From Mayamaea pseudoterrestris (Eukaryota): DNA of 64,000 nucleotides. The position numbers were made by a program, and so were the translations under genes. Below are positions 33,507 to 45,327 of this stretch, piece by piece (position 1 is the first letter of the stretch; the number at the start of each line of letters is the position of its first letter). The DNA is taken from assembly GCA_027923505.1 (NCBI GenBank), contig BROI01000003.1, positions 310,001-374,000 on the forward strand, read 5' to 3'. The notes beneath the pieces are model-generated. The model was not told where the DNA came from. It worked only from the letters and a program-made list of their open reading frames with translations, and made no database searches.

Positions 33507-34697
33507 ATGATTCAAGTGTCGTCAATAGCGGCAGAATCCTCATCGAGTGACACGGAAACAGCCGAGCCTCAGGAAACGATTGCGGCATTGCTCGAGACGC
33601 TCGCGCCGCACCAGCAGAATGACTACTTGCAGCAGCTTTACATGAGAACGGAATATTCAGCAAAACCAATCGCATCAATCATTCAAGTGAATTCTGCAGT
33701 AGTTGAGTCAAATCGGCAAATGGCAGCGCCAGTAACCAAGGAGACGACAAAGTTGAATCAGCAAGGCATTCGCCCTCCTCCTGCTGCTGCTGCTGCTACT
33801 GCCGCAGCTCCTCCTCCTCAATCAACTGTCTTGGCCCCTGCCGAACCAAATGATACAGCAAAGTCGGATACTACAACGAGTGCAGCAGCAAGCAGCTTGG
33901 CAAGTACTCGAAACGCCGTTGCAGTGTCGAAACGCTCCACCATGACAGCCAACCCAAAATTTGCACCCTTGCGGCCGAAACCAGCGGCGGCGATGAATGC
34001 AGCTGCAGCAGCAACACAAAAGCAGGTGCAAGTGACTGGAGCCGCGTTGCAGCAAGCTGCGTATCAAGTGGATGCCATGGGCCGTCCCATTCTCTACTAT
34101 TACTCACTGCCACATTTACAACAACAAGCTCAAATGTACCATCAGCAGTCGGAGCTGGCAAAACGCGGTTTGTCATTTCAGCAACAACCGCTACAAGTTC
34201 CAAGCAAGAAAATCTCAACGTCAAACACATCGACGACTACTGCTGACGCTGCAACAGCGCCTTTTAATGCTGCAGCAGCTGATATCTTGGCGTACCGTCC
34301 AACTGGCAACGTGAAACCAAGTCCCAAGAAGAAACTGAAACTGCCAGGAGCAACGGAAAATTCAAAGGCACCAAAACTAAAGATTTCAACAGCAATGACG
34401 AAATCAATGACTGCTACTGCCGAATCATCATATGCAGCAGACGATGTGCTTGGCAGAGGCGTCACCATGCGCCCATCCGGAAAGTGGCAGGCGCAAATGT
34501 ACTTTGCCGGCAAGTCGCGATACATTGGCGTCTTTGACTCGCGGGAAAAGGCCGTCGTGGGCTACGAAACGGCCCGGCACTTGCTCAAAAAGACAAAGTT
34601 TTGCACCGAAGTGGAAATTGATAAACAAATTTATGACGCGCGTCGAGCGGCCTTTGAAGCCGTGGCGGATGCGTTTTCGCAAACGCCAGAGTCATAA
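33507..34697 (+). CDS. AP2/ERF-domain transcription factor
   Basis: RGVTMRPSGKWQAQMYFAGKSRYIGVFDSREKA. Confidence 0.85.
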   Translation: MIQVSSIAAESSSSDTETAEPQETIAALLETLAPHQQNDYLQQLYMRTEYSAKPIASIIQVNSAVVESNRQMAAPVTKETTKLNQQGIRPPPAAAAATAAAPPPQSTVLAPAEPNDTAKSDTTTSAAASSLASTRNAVAVSKRSTMTANPKFAPLRPKPAAAMNAAAAATQKQVQVTGAALQQAAYQVDAMGRPILYYYSLPHLQQQAQMYHQQSELAKRGLSFQQQPLQVPSKKISTSNTSTTTADAATAPFNAAAADILAYRPTGNVKPSPKKKLKLPGATENSKAPKLKISTAMTKSMTATAESSYAADDVLGRGVTMRPSGKWQAQMYFAGKSRYIGVFDSREKAVVGYETARHLLKKTKFCTEVEIDKQIYDARRAAFEAVADAFSQTPES

Positions 34698-35040
34698 TAC
34701 TACTGCTGCTGAGCAATATGCCCAACAGTAAGAGCAGTATGCTGAGCACCAGTTTAATGTAAGAGATTGTTTTCAGTCGTTACGTAAGCGTGAGTCCCTT
34801 TTCTTTCGCTTGCTTCGTGGCGAGCGGGTGCCATTAATGCGCCGTCCTTTACCGACAATATTAACATTTCAATGCTAGGATGTATACACTACCAATCTAG
34901 AGGTATATGAACGCATAGTAACTTACTTCAAAGATTAAAAGTACGAGAGCGCATACGGTATGAATGTCATGGTGAAGACTTTCATTTCACACTCGTTCAC
35001 GTTCATGCATTCATTCATTCACTCTCAATCATGTTATAAT

Positions 35041-36144
35041 CTATCTTGTCAAATTGGACGCATAGGAAACCTTGGCCGTGGTATCCTGCGCCAAGGCCTT
35101 TCCGTAGCCCGATCTAAACTCTGTGGCAGCACTAGGATCCTTGGCGTTGGGTCTGGCAAACTCAATCTTGAGAATCAAGTGGTCGTAGCCTACGTGATGA
35201 AAACGTTGAATGCAATTCAGAACCGGCACAAGGTATATATAAATAGAGTATACATATAAATGATACATACCATGTCCCTGCAACCCCTCCATGGCTCGCG
35301 CCGCATCCTCCTTATTCACAAATGAAACAAAGGCAAACCCTCTACTTTCAAGTGTTTCCTTATCCTTGGCCAAATAGACGCGCGAAATGCGCCCATAGCG
35401 CGCAAACAGCTCCTGAATGTCCGACTCGGTGGTGCTCGTCGACAAGTTGGTGACCCGCAGCGTGTTCAGGTCGTCCGTCCGGCGAAAGGCGCCAGCGTCT
35501 CCGCCAGACGCGTCGGGATTGACCAGTCCAGCCCGCTGCGCCGGCGTCATGTACTTGCCGGGGCCAGTGCCGGCTGCTGCGGCGCCTGGCGTGAACGCTC
35601 CGCCGCTGGCCAACGTTTTTCCGACCTGCGTCCATCCCTCGGCGCCTCCTTCCGTTGCTCCCGGCGTACCACCAACGTCATACTTGCGCTCCAACTGCCG
35701 GCGCTGCTGCTTGGCCCAAAAGGCATTTAGGTTTCCGGCAATGGCGGCGCCGGCGTCCTGGTCCTGCAGATCCGTGTCGGCGTGCGGGTCCTCCAGTAAG
35801 ATTTCCTCCTTGCTTTGCACCGTGGTTTGGTTCTTTTCTTTCAGATCGACTGCCGCTTGACCAAAGACCTTCCATTGCCGACGCTCCTGCATACTCTTTG
35901 GTTCCTTGCATTTGACAATTTCAATCTTGCTCTTGGTGATGGTTTTGATCAATTGGTGCGAGTGTGTGGGGTGACGCTTGTAGGTGGTGGTGATTTGAAT
36001 CCCCTGACTGTCGATGCGAGACTTGTGCGTGGGTGGCACCACGACTTGCTGCTTGTTTTCGTTGTTCAGAGCGGAGCCGCGCATTTCCTCATCGTCGGAA
36101 TCGTCCATGTCGTCGCCCCAGCGAGGAGTTGTAGTTGATACCAT
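35041..36144 (-). CDS. eIF3g: Translation initiation factor 3 subunit G, 2 exons (intron 35190-35270)
   Basis: ERRQWKVFG, and an RRM TLRVTNLS...SRGFAFVSF...HG|YDHLILKIEFA. Confidence 0.92.
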   Translation of the reverse strand: MVSTTTPRWGDDMDDSDDEEMRGSALNNENKQQVVVPPTHKSRIDSQGIQITTTYKRHPTHSHQLIKTITKSKIEIVKCKEPKSMQERRQWKVFGQAAVDLKEKNQTTVQSKEEILLEDPHADTDLQDQDAGAAIAGNLNAFWAKQQRRQLERKYDVGGTPGATEGGAEGWTQVGKTLASGGAFTPGAAAAGTGPGKYMTPAQRAGLVNPDASGGDAGAFRRTDDLNTLRVTNLSTSTTESDIQELFARYGRISRVYLAKDKETLESRGFAFVSFVNKEDAARAMEGLQGHGMYHLYVYSIYIYLVPVLNCIQRFHHVGYDHLILKIEFARPNAKDPSAATEFRSGYGKALAQDTTAKVSYASNLTR

Positions 36145-36374
36145 GTTTCTTGTTTGCTTGTTAAGAGAGAGACGAGTTGAGAGAGAGAAGTGTAACGCCA
36201 TGGCGGCGGCGGCGGCGGCGCGCAAGGAAAACGTGAGGCTCGAGATGGATGCGTGACGGAATCTTTCGTTCCCGTGTGACGTTTCCCAGATCATCTCAAG
36301 AAGGATCGCGACGCAACGGTTCTCGTTTAGCTAGCTACAACAGTACCAACAGTAAGAACGTTGAGTAGTCAAAT

Positions 36375-36580
36375 AATGGTGCAAAAAAGACTGCCTGGAA
36401 ACCTACACCATGGAATGGTCTACATGGGGGCATGGCTAGCAACCCAAGTTATGGATTCATACCACTAGGATGCCCCATGCCCTGGCCACTCAACGACCCA
36501 ATGAGTCAGGCAAAACATGTCCAGGGTGTGCCATTGACATGAGCATAGGTAAATGGTGCAAAAGGACTGCCTGGAAGCCT
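36375..36580. repeat. About 30-bp imperfect direct repeat flanking an inverted repeat; CpG-depleted, probable TE relic
   Basis: aatggtgcaaaaaagactgcctggaaacct (36375) and aatggtgcaaaaggactgcctggaagcct (36552). Internal catgggggcat..ctag / ctag.atgccccatg. Confidence 0.6.
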
Positions 36581-36811
36581 GATACTACCAGCTGGCGTAA
36601 TTCATCATACCGGTGCAATAATGACCCTGATTGGTGAAGGCAGTTCATCGTAAGCTACCGGTAGACAAATAACTTTTAATAAGTGACAAACTATGACTTG
36701 ATCACACAAAGGATGAGAAAGAATGGAGACTACTGTACTTGTAGCTTGCAAATGGGTTGTCGTTAGCGGCGAGTGACTCAGGCCCGACTGAACCTGACGA
36801 GGTCACCATTC

Positions 36812-38368
36812 TCAATCAATCACAGACGCAGCTCCATACGCCACTGTAATGTCGGGATCAATGTGCGTGTTCAATTCCGATGTAGGCAGTGCTTGCTTGA
36901 CAAGCGTCCGTATTTGCGGCATTCTCGTCGTGCCACCCACCAAGACGACTTCGTGAATGTCAGCTGGCTGTAGATTCAAATCACTCAGTAAGCGTTCCAC
37001 GGGCAGAATGGATCGATCGTACAGAGACTTGACAGATTCATCGAATTCTTGCGATGTCAGCGTCAACGAAAAGGGTGTTAGCTGCGAGCAAAACCTTTCG
37101 ATCGATGTTATACTACTGTCATTCGTGTCATTGCTCAATGCGTAGCACTGCGCCTCAACCTGACCATTGTGGTCGGGAAATGCTGATAAACCAATCTTGA
37201 GTTGCTCGCCGAGTGTGTGAAAGGATGACGCCGTGCAAAGTGGCATCTCCTTGAGCTTCAAGCAGCCAGCTGCCAACGTTTCTTCCAGATCTTGTCCTTT
37301 CTTTAAGAGTTCCTCCAAGCTATGCAATACCCTAGATATCCTTTCCACCACGGCTGCGCCTCCTCGCTGCTCCATCAAACACCTTGCCACTGCCGCGTCA
37401 AAGTCAGAACCGCCCAACCTCGAGTCACCATCAGATCCAAGCACATCCACAAAGCCATCCGTCACATGAAGCAACGAAACGTCCAACGTTCCTCCACCAA
37501 AGTCGTAGACTAATATATACTCCACTCCTTCCTTTCGATGCAATCCATAGGCCAATGCCGCCGCCGTTGGTTCCTCCAAGACGCGCGCCACAGTCAAACC
37601 CGCCATGCGAAAGGCCGCATAGGTTTGCTGCCGCTGCTCAACATTGAACTTTGCCGGAACGCAAATGACGGCACTCTTAATGTTTGAGTGACCCAAGTAC
37701 TGACTCGTTAGTTGCAGCAAGTGATGAACAACGTAGGAACCAACTTGCTGCGGCGAAATGAGTTTGCGCGTATCGGGTACCGCAAAGGCCACTTGATTGT
37801 CGCTCGTATTTGTCACGACAAACTCCACTTCGCGAGTCAATTCATACACTGCTTCATCGTCGACTGGTCGCCCCAGTACTCGCTTGGCGTGGTAGAGTGT
37901 ATGGTGCGGATGCGAATCAATCCGCCGCTTGGCGTCGTGGCCAACAATGACGTGCGACGGATGCGGGTCCAGCAACGACAAAATCTTGCTGCTTGGTCCA
38001 ACCTTTCGTTCCGATGCTTCCAAGAAACTAACGACGGATGGTATAATGGGAGACAGTGTCTTTGGGTCCACAATGCATTCAATGCGGCCCACGCCCTTGG
38101 CTTGCGACTGCACGCAAATGACGCTATTGGTGGTTCCCAGGTCGATTCCGGCGACACTGGCGCGGCCCCGAAAGCCAAGCTTGGCCATGACGCCGCATGC
38201 TAGTATGAGAATGCCAATGATGGATGGTAGGAGCGATGTGACTCCGCCGGAGGGACTGTCGTTTTGGTGTCGCTGCAGTGCGCGCGAGAGTTTGCGGGGT
38301 GGTGCAGATGGAGGAGTTCTTTCGTCTGAGGAATTCTTGTCACGTTTGGACCGTCTTATTCGCTCCAT
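36812..38368 (-). CDS. Hsp70-family protein with nucleotide-binding domain only and an N-terminal TM segment (HSPA13/STCH-like)
   Basis: GIDLGTTNS, EEPTAAALAYG, VYDFGGGTLDVSLL and VLVGGTTRMP. The protein ends at VAYGAASVID with no substrate-binding domain. Confidence 0.85.
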   Translation of the reverse strand: MERIRRSKRDKNSSDERTPPSAPPRKLSRALQRHQNDSPSGGVTSLLPSIIGILILACGVMAKLGFRGRASVAGIDLGTTNSVICVQSQAKGVGRIECIVDPKTLSPIIPSVVSFLEASERKVGPSSKILSLLDPHPSHVIVGHDAKRRIDSHPHHTLYHAKRVLGRPVDDEAVYELTREVEFVVTNTSDNQVAFAVPDTRKLISPQQVGSYVVHHLLQLTSQYLGHSNIKSAVICVPAKFNVEQRQQTYAAFRMAGLTVARVLEEPTAAALAYGLHRKEGVEYILVYDFGGGTLDVSLLHVTDGFVDVLGSDGDSRLGGSDFDAAVARCLMEQRGGAAVVERISRVLHSLEELLKKGQDLEETLAAGCLKLKEMPLCTASSFHTLGEQLKIGLSAFPDHNGQVEAQCYALSNDTNDSSITSIERFCSQLTPFSLTLTSQEFDESVKSLYDRSILPVERLLSDLNLQPADIHEVVLVGGTTRMPQIRTLVKQALPTSELNTHIDPDITVAYGAASVID

Positions 38369-38607
38369 TATGGCAGAATGCTGATCTCCGTCTGGAATAT
38401 CAAAGCTCCTTCTTCAGGTGAAAAGTGCGCAAGCTTTGGTGGACTTGGTCGCCATGGTCGACGGACGAAGAAAATGTGACGCGTGGTGACGAGGAGCGCG
38501 CCGGACGACTCTCTAGCGCATAGTCCCATCACCACTGACGTCAGCTCATTCGTGCCTGTCACACTTTGCTCGACCATGACGGCATGGCATACATCATTGA
38601 AACGACC

Positions 38608-39414
38608 ATGACCACGCTGCCGTCAAAATCAACTACAACGTTTCGAGCCATTGGCTTTTGCGGAGTCGATGACTCGGTGGACCCTGGTGAGCTGATTGAT
38701 TTTGCTGCGCAGTATCCGCAGGCCGAGTTTGGAGTCTTGTTCCGACCCGATTTGGAGGGAACGCCGCGATACGCCAGTCGAAACTGGGTGGAACAACTAG
38801 TTAAACTTGTCTTGAATCAGCAGCAGCAGCGTGGCAATGACATGAAGTTGGCTGCTCATTTATGTGGCAGTCGAGTGAACCAAGTACTAGATGCGACGCC
38901 GCAAGGTTTGGAATTCTTGAGGCAGCTGGAACATTGGGGTTTTAGACGCATTCAAATCAATGCCACGGCAGTCAATGGCGTCGATACATCCAGATTAGCA
39001 GAGTCTGCGACTAGTTTGATTCAAACTGTAGCTAATTTTCCAAACTTGGAGTTTATACTGCAAAAGAACGACGAAACGCGGCCACTATGGGAAGCTTTGT
39101 TGCAGAAGAACAATGCAAGCATGCCCAAGAATGTATCCATGCTGGTGGACGAGTCCAAAGGAACCGGACTTTTGGCCAAAACCTGGCCCAGTCCTCCGGC
39201 AGACTACGAGATTGGTTATGCGGGAGGCATTGGGTCAAGCAATGTTCAAACGGTGATTCAAGACATTCAATCAGTAGCGCCTGGTCGAAGCGTTTGGATA
39301 GACATGGAGAGCAGTCTACGGACAGTCAACGACGACGGAACGGATATATTTGATCTTGACAAGTGTCGAAAAGTCATGCAAATCATCATCGACATGGGGG
39401 TTTCCTTACTGTGA
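38608..39414 (+). CDS. TrpF/phosphoribosylanthranilate-isomerase-like TIM-barrel protein of unknown function
   Basis: GFCGVDDSV, AAHLCG, RIQIN, LVDESKGTG, GYAGGIG and WIDMESSLR. Intronless. Confidence 0.65.
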   Translation: MTTLPSKSTTTFRAIGFCGVDDSVDPGELIDFAAQYPQAEFGVLFRPDLEGTPRYASRNWVEQLVKLVLNQQQQRGNDMKLAAHLCGSRVNQVLDATPQGLEFLRQLEHWGFRRIQINATAVNGVDTSRLAESATSLIQTVANFPNLEFILQKNDETRPLWEALLQKNNASMPKNVSMLVDESKGTGLLAKTWPSPPADYEIGYAGGIGSSNVQTVIQDIQSVAPGRSVWIDMESSLRTVNDDGTDIFDLDKCRKVMQIIIDMGVSLL

Positions 39415-39942
39415 GTTAATCTTGTCGGGCGACCATCCGCTTTACTCGAAAGTAGATGTCAAATTCAAGCTCCTCCAAGTGCGCCGTGATGGTTATCTTT
39501 CTTGACAACATTTCCAAAGCACCGGACGATCGCGTTCGTTCATAGACTACAAATAGTTTGAATGCTCTTTATTAAATCTGGACAAACAAAATCCTTCCAT
39601 GTCCCGTCGCGTCCTCAACCTTTCTAATAAAGGCAAATTGATGACCTTTGCGTGGTATCCAATAATTCTGGTTGCTCACAGATCGCAACAAACGCACTGT
39701 TAGTGCTTGCGCGGTATAAAGGCGAGAGCAGCTCTCACTGTTTGACCAAAAATGTGCGGCAACTAATGGATTGGTAGCAAATGTCGCATAGGTATTTATA
39801 CGGGACTCATCGTCCAATCGCAACGCGCAGCTGCGCTCGCGCAATCTCGCCGCTTCCACGCAGCAGCGATGATGATAATTGACAGCCGAGAAAGACTCTT
39901 CCTTCTTCTTCCTACACCTTATCAAGACATTCTCTCTACATA

Positions 39943-41773
39943 ATGTCCGACGCAGACTCTGACTCGGTAGTGATGGTCCAAGACCACCAGGACGAGATTT
40001 TCAACGAGCCCGAACTCTTGGACGATGACGATCGTCGAGCGGCCCTTCAAATCGTGTCCATTGAAGCCTCCGAAGACAAGCACTCCTTTGCCTTTCACAA
40101 GACCAAACTGCAGAGCATTCTAGCAAAGATTCCTCCGCATTATAAAGTGTCGGTTGTATCTGTTGTTGGCGCCTTTCGAACTGGCAAGAGCTTTCTACTG
40201 TCGTGGTTTTTGCGTTACTTGGACAGCCGCTCATCCAATGCTGCTGTTGACGACGAAACCAGCAAGGAAAAGTGGTACCATCGATTCCAGTCAGTCGGCA
40301 ACGACGGCTTTGACTGGCGCGCCGGGAGCGAGCGCAATACGACTGGCATTTGGATGTGGAGCGAGCCTCACTTCACCACGTCGGAATCGGGTGACCCACT
40401 CGCCGTGCTGCTCGTGGACACGCAGGGCATGTTTGATCACGAGACGAACATGGCCCTGACGGCTGCCATTTTTGGTTTTTCGACGCTTTTGAGTAGTCGA
40501 CAGATTTATAATGTTGACAAGCGCATTCAGGAAGACAACTTGCAGCATCTCGCGCTCTTTTCCGAATATGCTCGAACCGCAGTGACGCAGGAAGGCAAGA
40601 CGAACGAGAATCAAGAGATTGACGGAAAGAAGCCCTTTCAGCAGATTGACTTTCTCGTTCGAGATTGGCAGCACTTTGATGAAGACGTGGAAGATGCCAA
40701 GGACTATGCGGCCATGGAGGAGAGCATGATGAAATACCTGGAGACGGTGCTTTCCGAGCGCCAAGACAAGGACTTGAAGGATACGCGAGACCAGATTACA
40801 AGCTGCTTTGAAAATATTTCGTGCTACGGCCTTGTCCATCCTGGTTTTGCCGCCACCAAGTCCAAGTTTACTGGAAATGTCAAGGATTTGGAGGAGGACT
40901 TTGTTGGTTTACTGGACCGATATTGCTCCAAGGTGTTTGGCGCAGCCATGCAGCCCAAGATTATTCACGGTCGCGAATTAACAGCAGCAGAGCTCGCCCC
41001 CTACATGGACGCGTATGCTGCCTTGTTTACATCAGGTGATACATTTCCGGAAGCGGCAACCATGCTCGAGGCGACGGTGGCGGCGAATAACACCAACGCC
41101 GTGCAATTGGCCGAAGCCAAGTACAAGGAGCTCATGGACCGCGCAGCGGGTCCCATGTGCAGCAACTATTTAAAGCCGGATGAGTTGATGGAAGAACATG
41201 AAAAAGCTTTAAAGGATGGTTTGGTCGTGAGTATCTCGATTATGTGGTTTTTCGCCCGCCAAATGATTACATGTGTCTCACCGTCGCACAATTTTGCAGG
41301 TCTTTGAATCAATTGCCAACTTTGGAAACCAAACAAGCATTGACAAGGCGAGAACGACGGCTTTAGAGCAAATCAGTACAGATTTGAAAGTGTACGAGGC
41401 GCTGAATGAGAGTCGCAACCCGCTGGCAGGTTTGGAAACGTAAGTTCATTGTTCATATATGTATTCATGTTGGATGGTGAGCCACTTCTCACCCTATCTT
41501 TTTGCTTCTCATTTTTTCAGCTTCCTCTTACCAGTTTCTGTCGGTGTTGGTGCACATGTCGTTCGCTGGTTCATGGACTTGACATGTTCCGCCACAATGT
41601 GCAGGACGGTATCGGAAAAGATGTCGCACACGTATGCGGCAGCCTGGTGTTTCATGCTTATTATTGCAGCGACCAAGTTCCAGCTCATCAAGCAATCAGT
41701 GGGACGCATGATGAAGGCTCTGGAATTATTCATGGACTCGCCAAAGACGAATGACAAGCGCAAGAAGGATTAG
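39943..41773 (+). CDS. ATL: Atlastin/GBP-family large GTPase with C-terminal TM hairpin, 3 exons
   Basis: VVGAFRTGKSF, TTGIWMW, DTQG and FLVRDW, with a hydrophobic C-terminal exon. Confidence 0.88.
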
Positions 41774-41955
41774 CATACTGTCGTCGTTAAAAAAATACAG
41801 AGCCGCATTACATTTACTACTCGCATCAACCCCATGCCATGCGCCAGAGTTAAAAGAGGCAATAAAAATAAATTGATAATAAATAAACAAGATTAAGGAT
41901 AACGAACGGTGCGATCTTTGCGAAAATTAGGCCAACTTGTTCCTTTGCATTTGCC

Positions 41956-42693
<738 letters not shown>

Positions 42694-43193
42694 TTATTTT
42701 CAGAACGATCAAGGCGATTCAGTTGATATTGTTTTGTCTATATGAAACGAAGGAAACAACAAGGACTGGTGAGATACTCGTACGGAAGCAAATTAAAATG
42801 ACCTTTCATAACAACGACGAGGGCGAACAACGCGCGATTGTCTGTCGTAACGGTAGGCAGATTGTCACGACTGATCGCCCCAGCATTTGCATGCATAACA
42901 TATTAACCATGAGATTCGCATCATTGCGACACACCTTATTTCTTGCTTGCGATTCGTTCACGATCAATGTAAGCGGCTGCACGACGCGAGTGGCCACCAT
43001 GGCCGACGGCCGAGCGCGATCGACCGTTTTGAAATCTTACGGGACCCGGAGGCATTCGGTCATTCGAATGACTGCCACGTGGAGTACCGGTGCGTCGCTA
43101 GTTGCACTGCGACAATGGGTTGACTCGTTCCGCGCCGCGCCGTCGCGCCACAAAAGCACACAAGCTTCCATCGTCCCTTCCTTACATTCCACC

Positions 43194-44371
43194 ATGGGCG
43201 ACTTTGCCGCCAACTTTAAGCGGCCCGACGCCGGAATCAGCACAGTCGAAGGCTTGGTTGCTGGCAATCGGGCGACGCAGCTTGAAAAGAAGCGTCAGCG
43301 CGACCAAGAAGAGTTTGAAGCAAAAAAGCAGCAAGTCGTTGCCGATGCAGCGTCGTCAACCATTAACATGGAAGACAAGTTTGCTCCAAGTCGCATGGTG
43401 GCGCAGGAGGAAACATCCTTCAAACTAAAAACAGTTGGACTTGTATCAGCGCAAGACTTTCGGAGGTTGCAGGCGGAGCAACTGTTGGGTGAAACGACAG
43501 CAACCAGCAGCAACAATGACAATGAAGCACCCATTGAAACGGCTGACGAACAAGCTGCTCGTGAAACGGCGCTCCTCAAGTCTCGCAGAAAGAAGACAAA
43601 GGAACGCAAGAAACTCATGTCGACCCTTTCGTTTGCTGATGGAGATGAAGAAGATGAAGAGGAGCAAGATTTTGGCAGTCACGAAACTAGTAACGGACAA
43701 GGTAACCTTTCATTCAAAAAGGATCCATCCGTTGACACTTCCTTTCTGCCGGACCAGCAGCGCGACAATCAAGCCATTCAGGAGCGACAAAAGCTTGAAC
43801 TGGAATGGAAGAAGCAACAGGAAGCCAGACGCAAGCAGCCGCTCGAAATCGTTTACTCGTACTGGGATGGAACGGGCCATCGACGATCGATGCAGTGCAT
43901 TCAAGGTGACACGGTGGGAAGCTTTTTGGACAAGGTGCGCAAGGATTGCAGCAAGGAATTCAAGGAACTGGCAGGTTTGCACTCGGATGACTTGCTATAT
44001 GTCAAGGAGGATTTGATATTGCCGCACGATTTAACCTTTTACGACTTGATTGCCACCAAGGCGCGTGGCAAGAGTGGACCACTCTTTCACTTTGATGTTC
44101 ATGACGATCTTCGCATTGGTGCACTCGATGTTCGAGTCGAAAAGGACGAGAGTCACCCTGGCAAGGTTGTGGAAAGGTATGATTTACTACATGCACTTTG
44201 ACGAATGCATTATGTTTCATTCGAAATTGTTACTCATTTGCCTCGGTTCACCTTTTGGACAGGAAATGGTATGAACGCAACAAGCACCTATTTCCATGTA
44301 CTCGCTGGGAGGTCTTTGATCCGCTCAAAGAGTATGGAGGCTACAAAATCAAGGACAGCAAACAGAAATGA
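43194..44371 (+). CDS. XAP5: XAP5/FAM50 family protein, 2 exons
   Basis: [33 protein letters not shown] and [18 protein letters not shown]. Confidence 0.93.
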
Positions 44372-44504
44372 TTTGTTGCTGCGGCTGTAGATCAGTTTGT
44401 ACTATTGATGCGACATGTTAGAAACGAATGAGTCGGACGATGCATAAAGCCAATGGCAATGCAAAAAGAGAATGCTTTATGAAGCGCCGCCTACATTGCA
44501 ATTA

Positions 44505-45207
44505 TCAAAATCCCCCTCGAACTAGTTTGCTGTATTCGCCTCCTCTACTTGCAACACTCGCGTCATCATCGTCTTGGCCAACATTTACAATCTCCTCATT
44601 TACCTTGCGCTTCTTTTGCTGTTCACCCGGATCCTGTATAAAGGCTTGCTTTTTGTGTCGAAAGGGTGCATGTTCCGTTCCAATGGCCAGTTCCTCGACT
44701 GTGAAATTATCGTCGTCGTCGTCATTGTTGTTGTTAGCGTTAGCAGTCGCATCAGCCGTCGTCTTTTTGATGTACGCGAGAATGAGAGTCTTGTGCAAGC
44801 TAGGCATGGATCTTGCCAGTACTTGTATCCGTCTCCAATCTAAAATGCCATCTATAATAAGCAATCGAGTGCAGAGTAGAGCTAGCAGTTAGCAGATCTT
44901 GCAGAATAGCACAGCGTCGTCATTCACGGTAGCATCTCTGTTCCTGCAGCAGTAGCTTATTCATTCACTCATATTCGTTCACATACTCACTTTCATTGAC
45001 TACATGCACGCAAAAGTCGGAATGAACCTTGGATGGATCGTCGGCATATAGGACAAACTCGCAGCCAAACTGCAGGCCGGAATGCACGCGATATCCTTTG
45101 CGTTGGTAGTATCTTCGTACAAAGGCAAGTCGAGTATCAGGTTCTATGCTACTAGATGATGATGATGAGATTAATGTTGTGTTGTTTGCGGCTACAGGAG
45201 ACGCCAT
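44505..45207 (-). CDS. SEN2: tRNA-splicing endonuclease catalytic subunit (Sen2-like), 2 exons
   Basis: HSGLQFGCEFVLYADDPSKVHSDFCV...ARSMPSLHKTLIL carries the Tyr/His/Lys catalytic triad. Confidence 0.75.
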
Positions 45208-45327
45208 GGTCGTGCAGGATTTTGATGGCTCGTCGAGATTTTCTGTCACGCTTTTTAGTACCGCTACGACTCTTTCACGACACATTTTCGGCGTTCCGTC
45301 GCGAGATCCACACACACACAAGTCACC

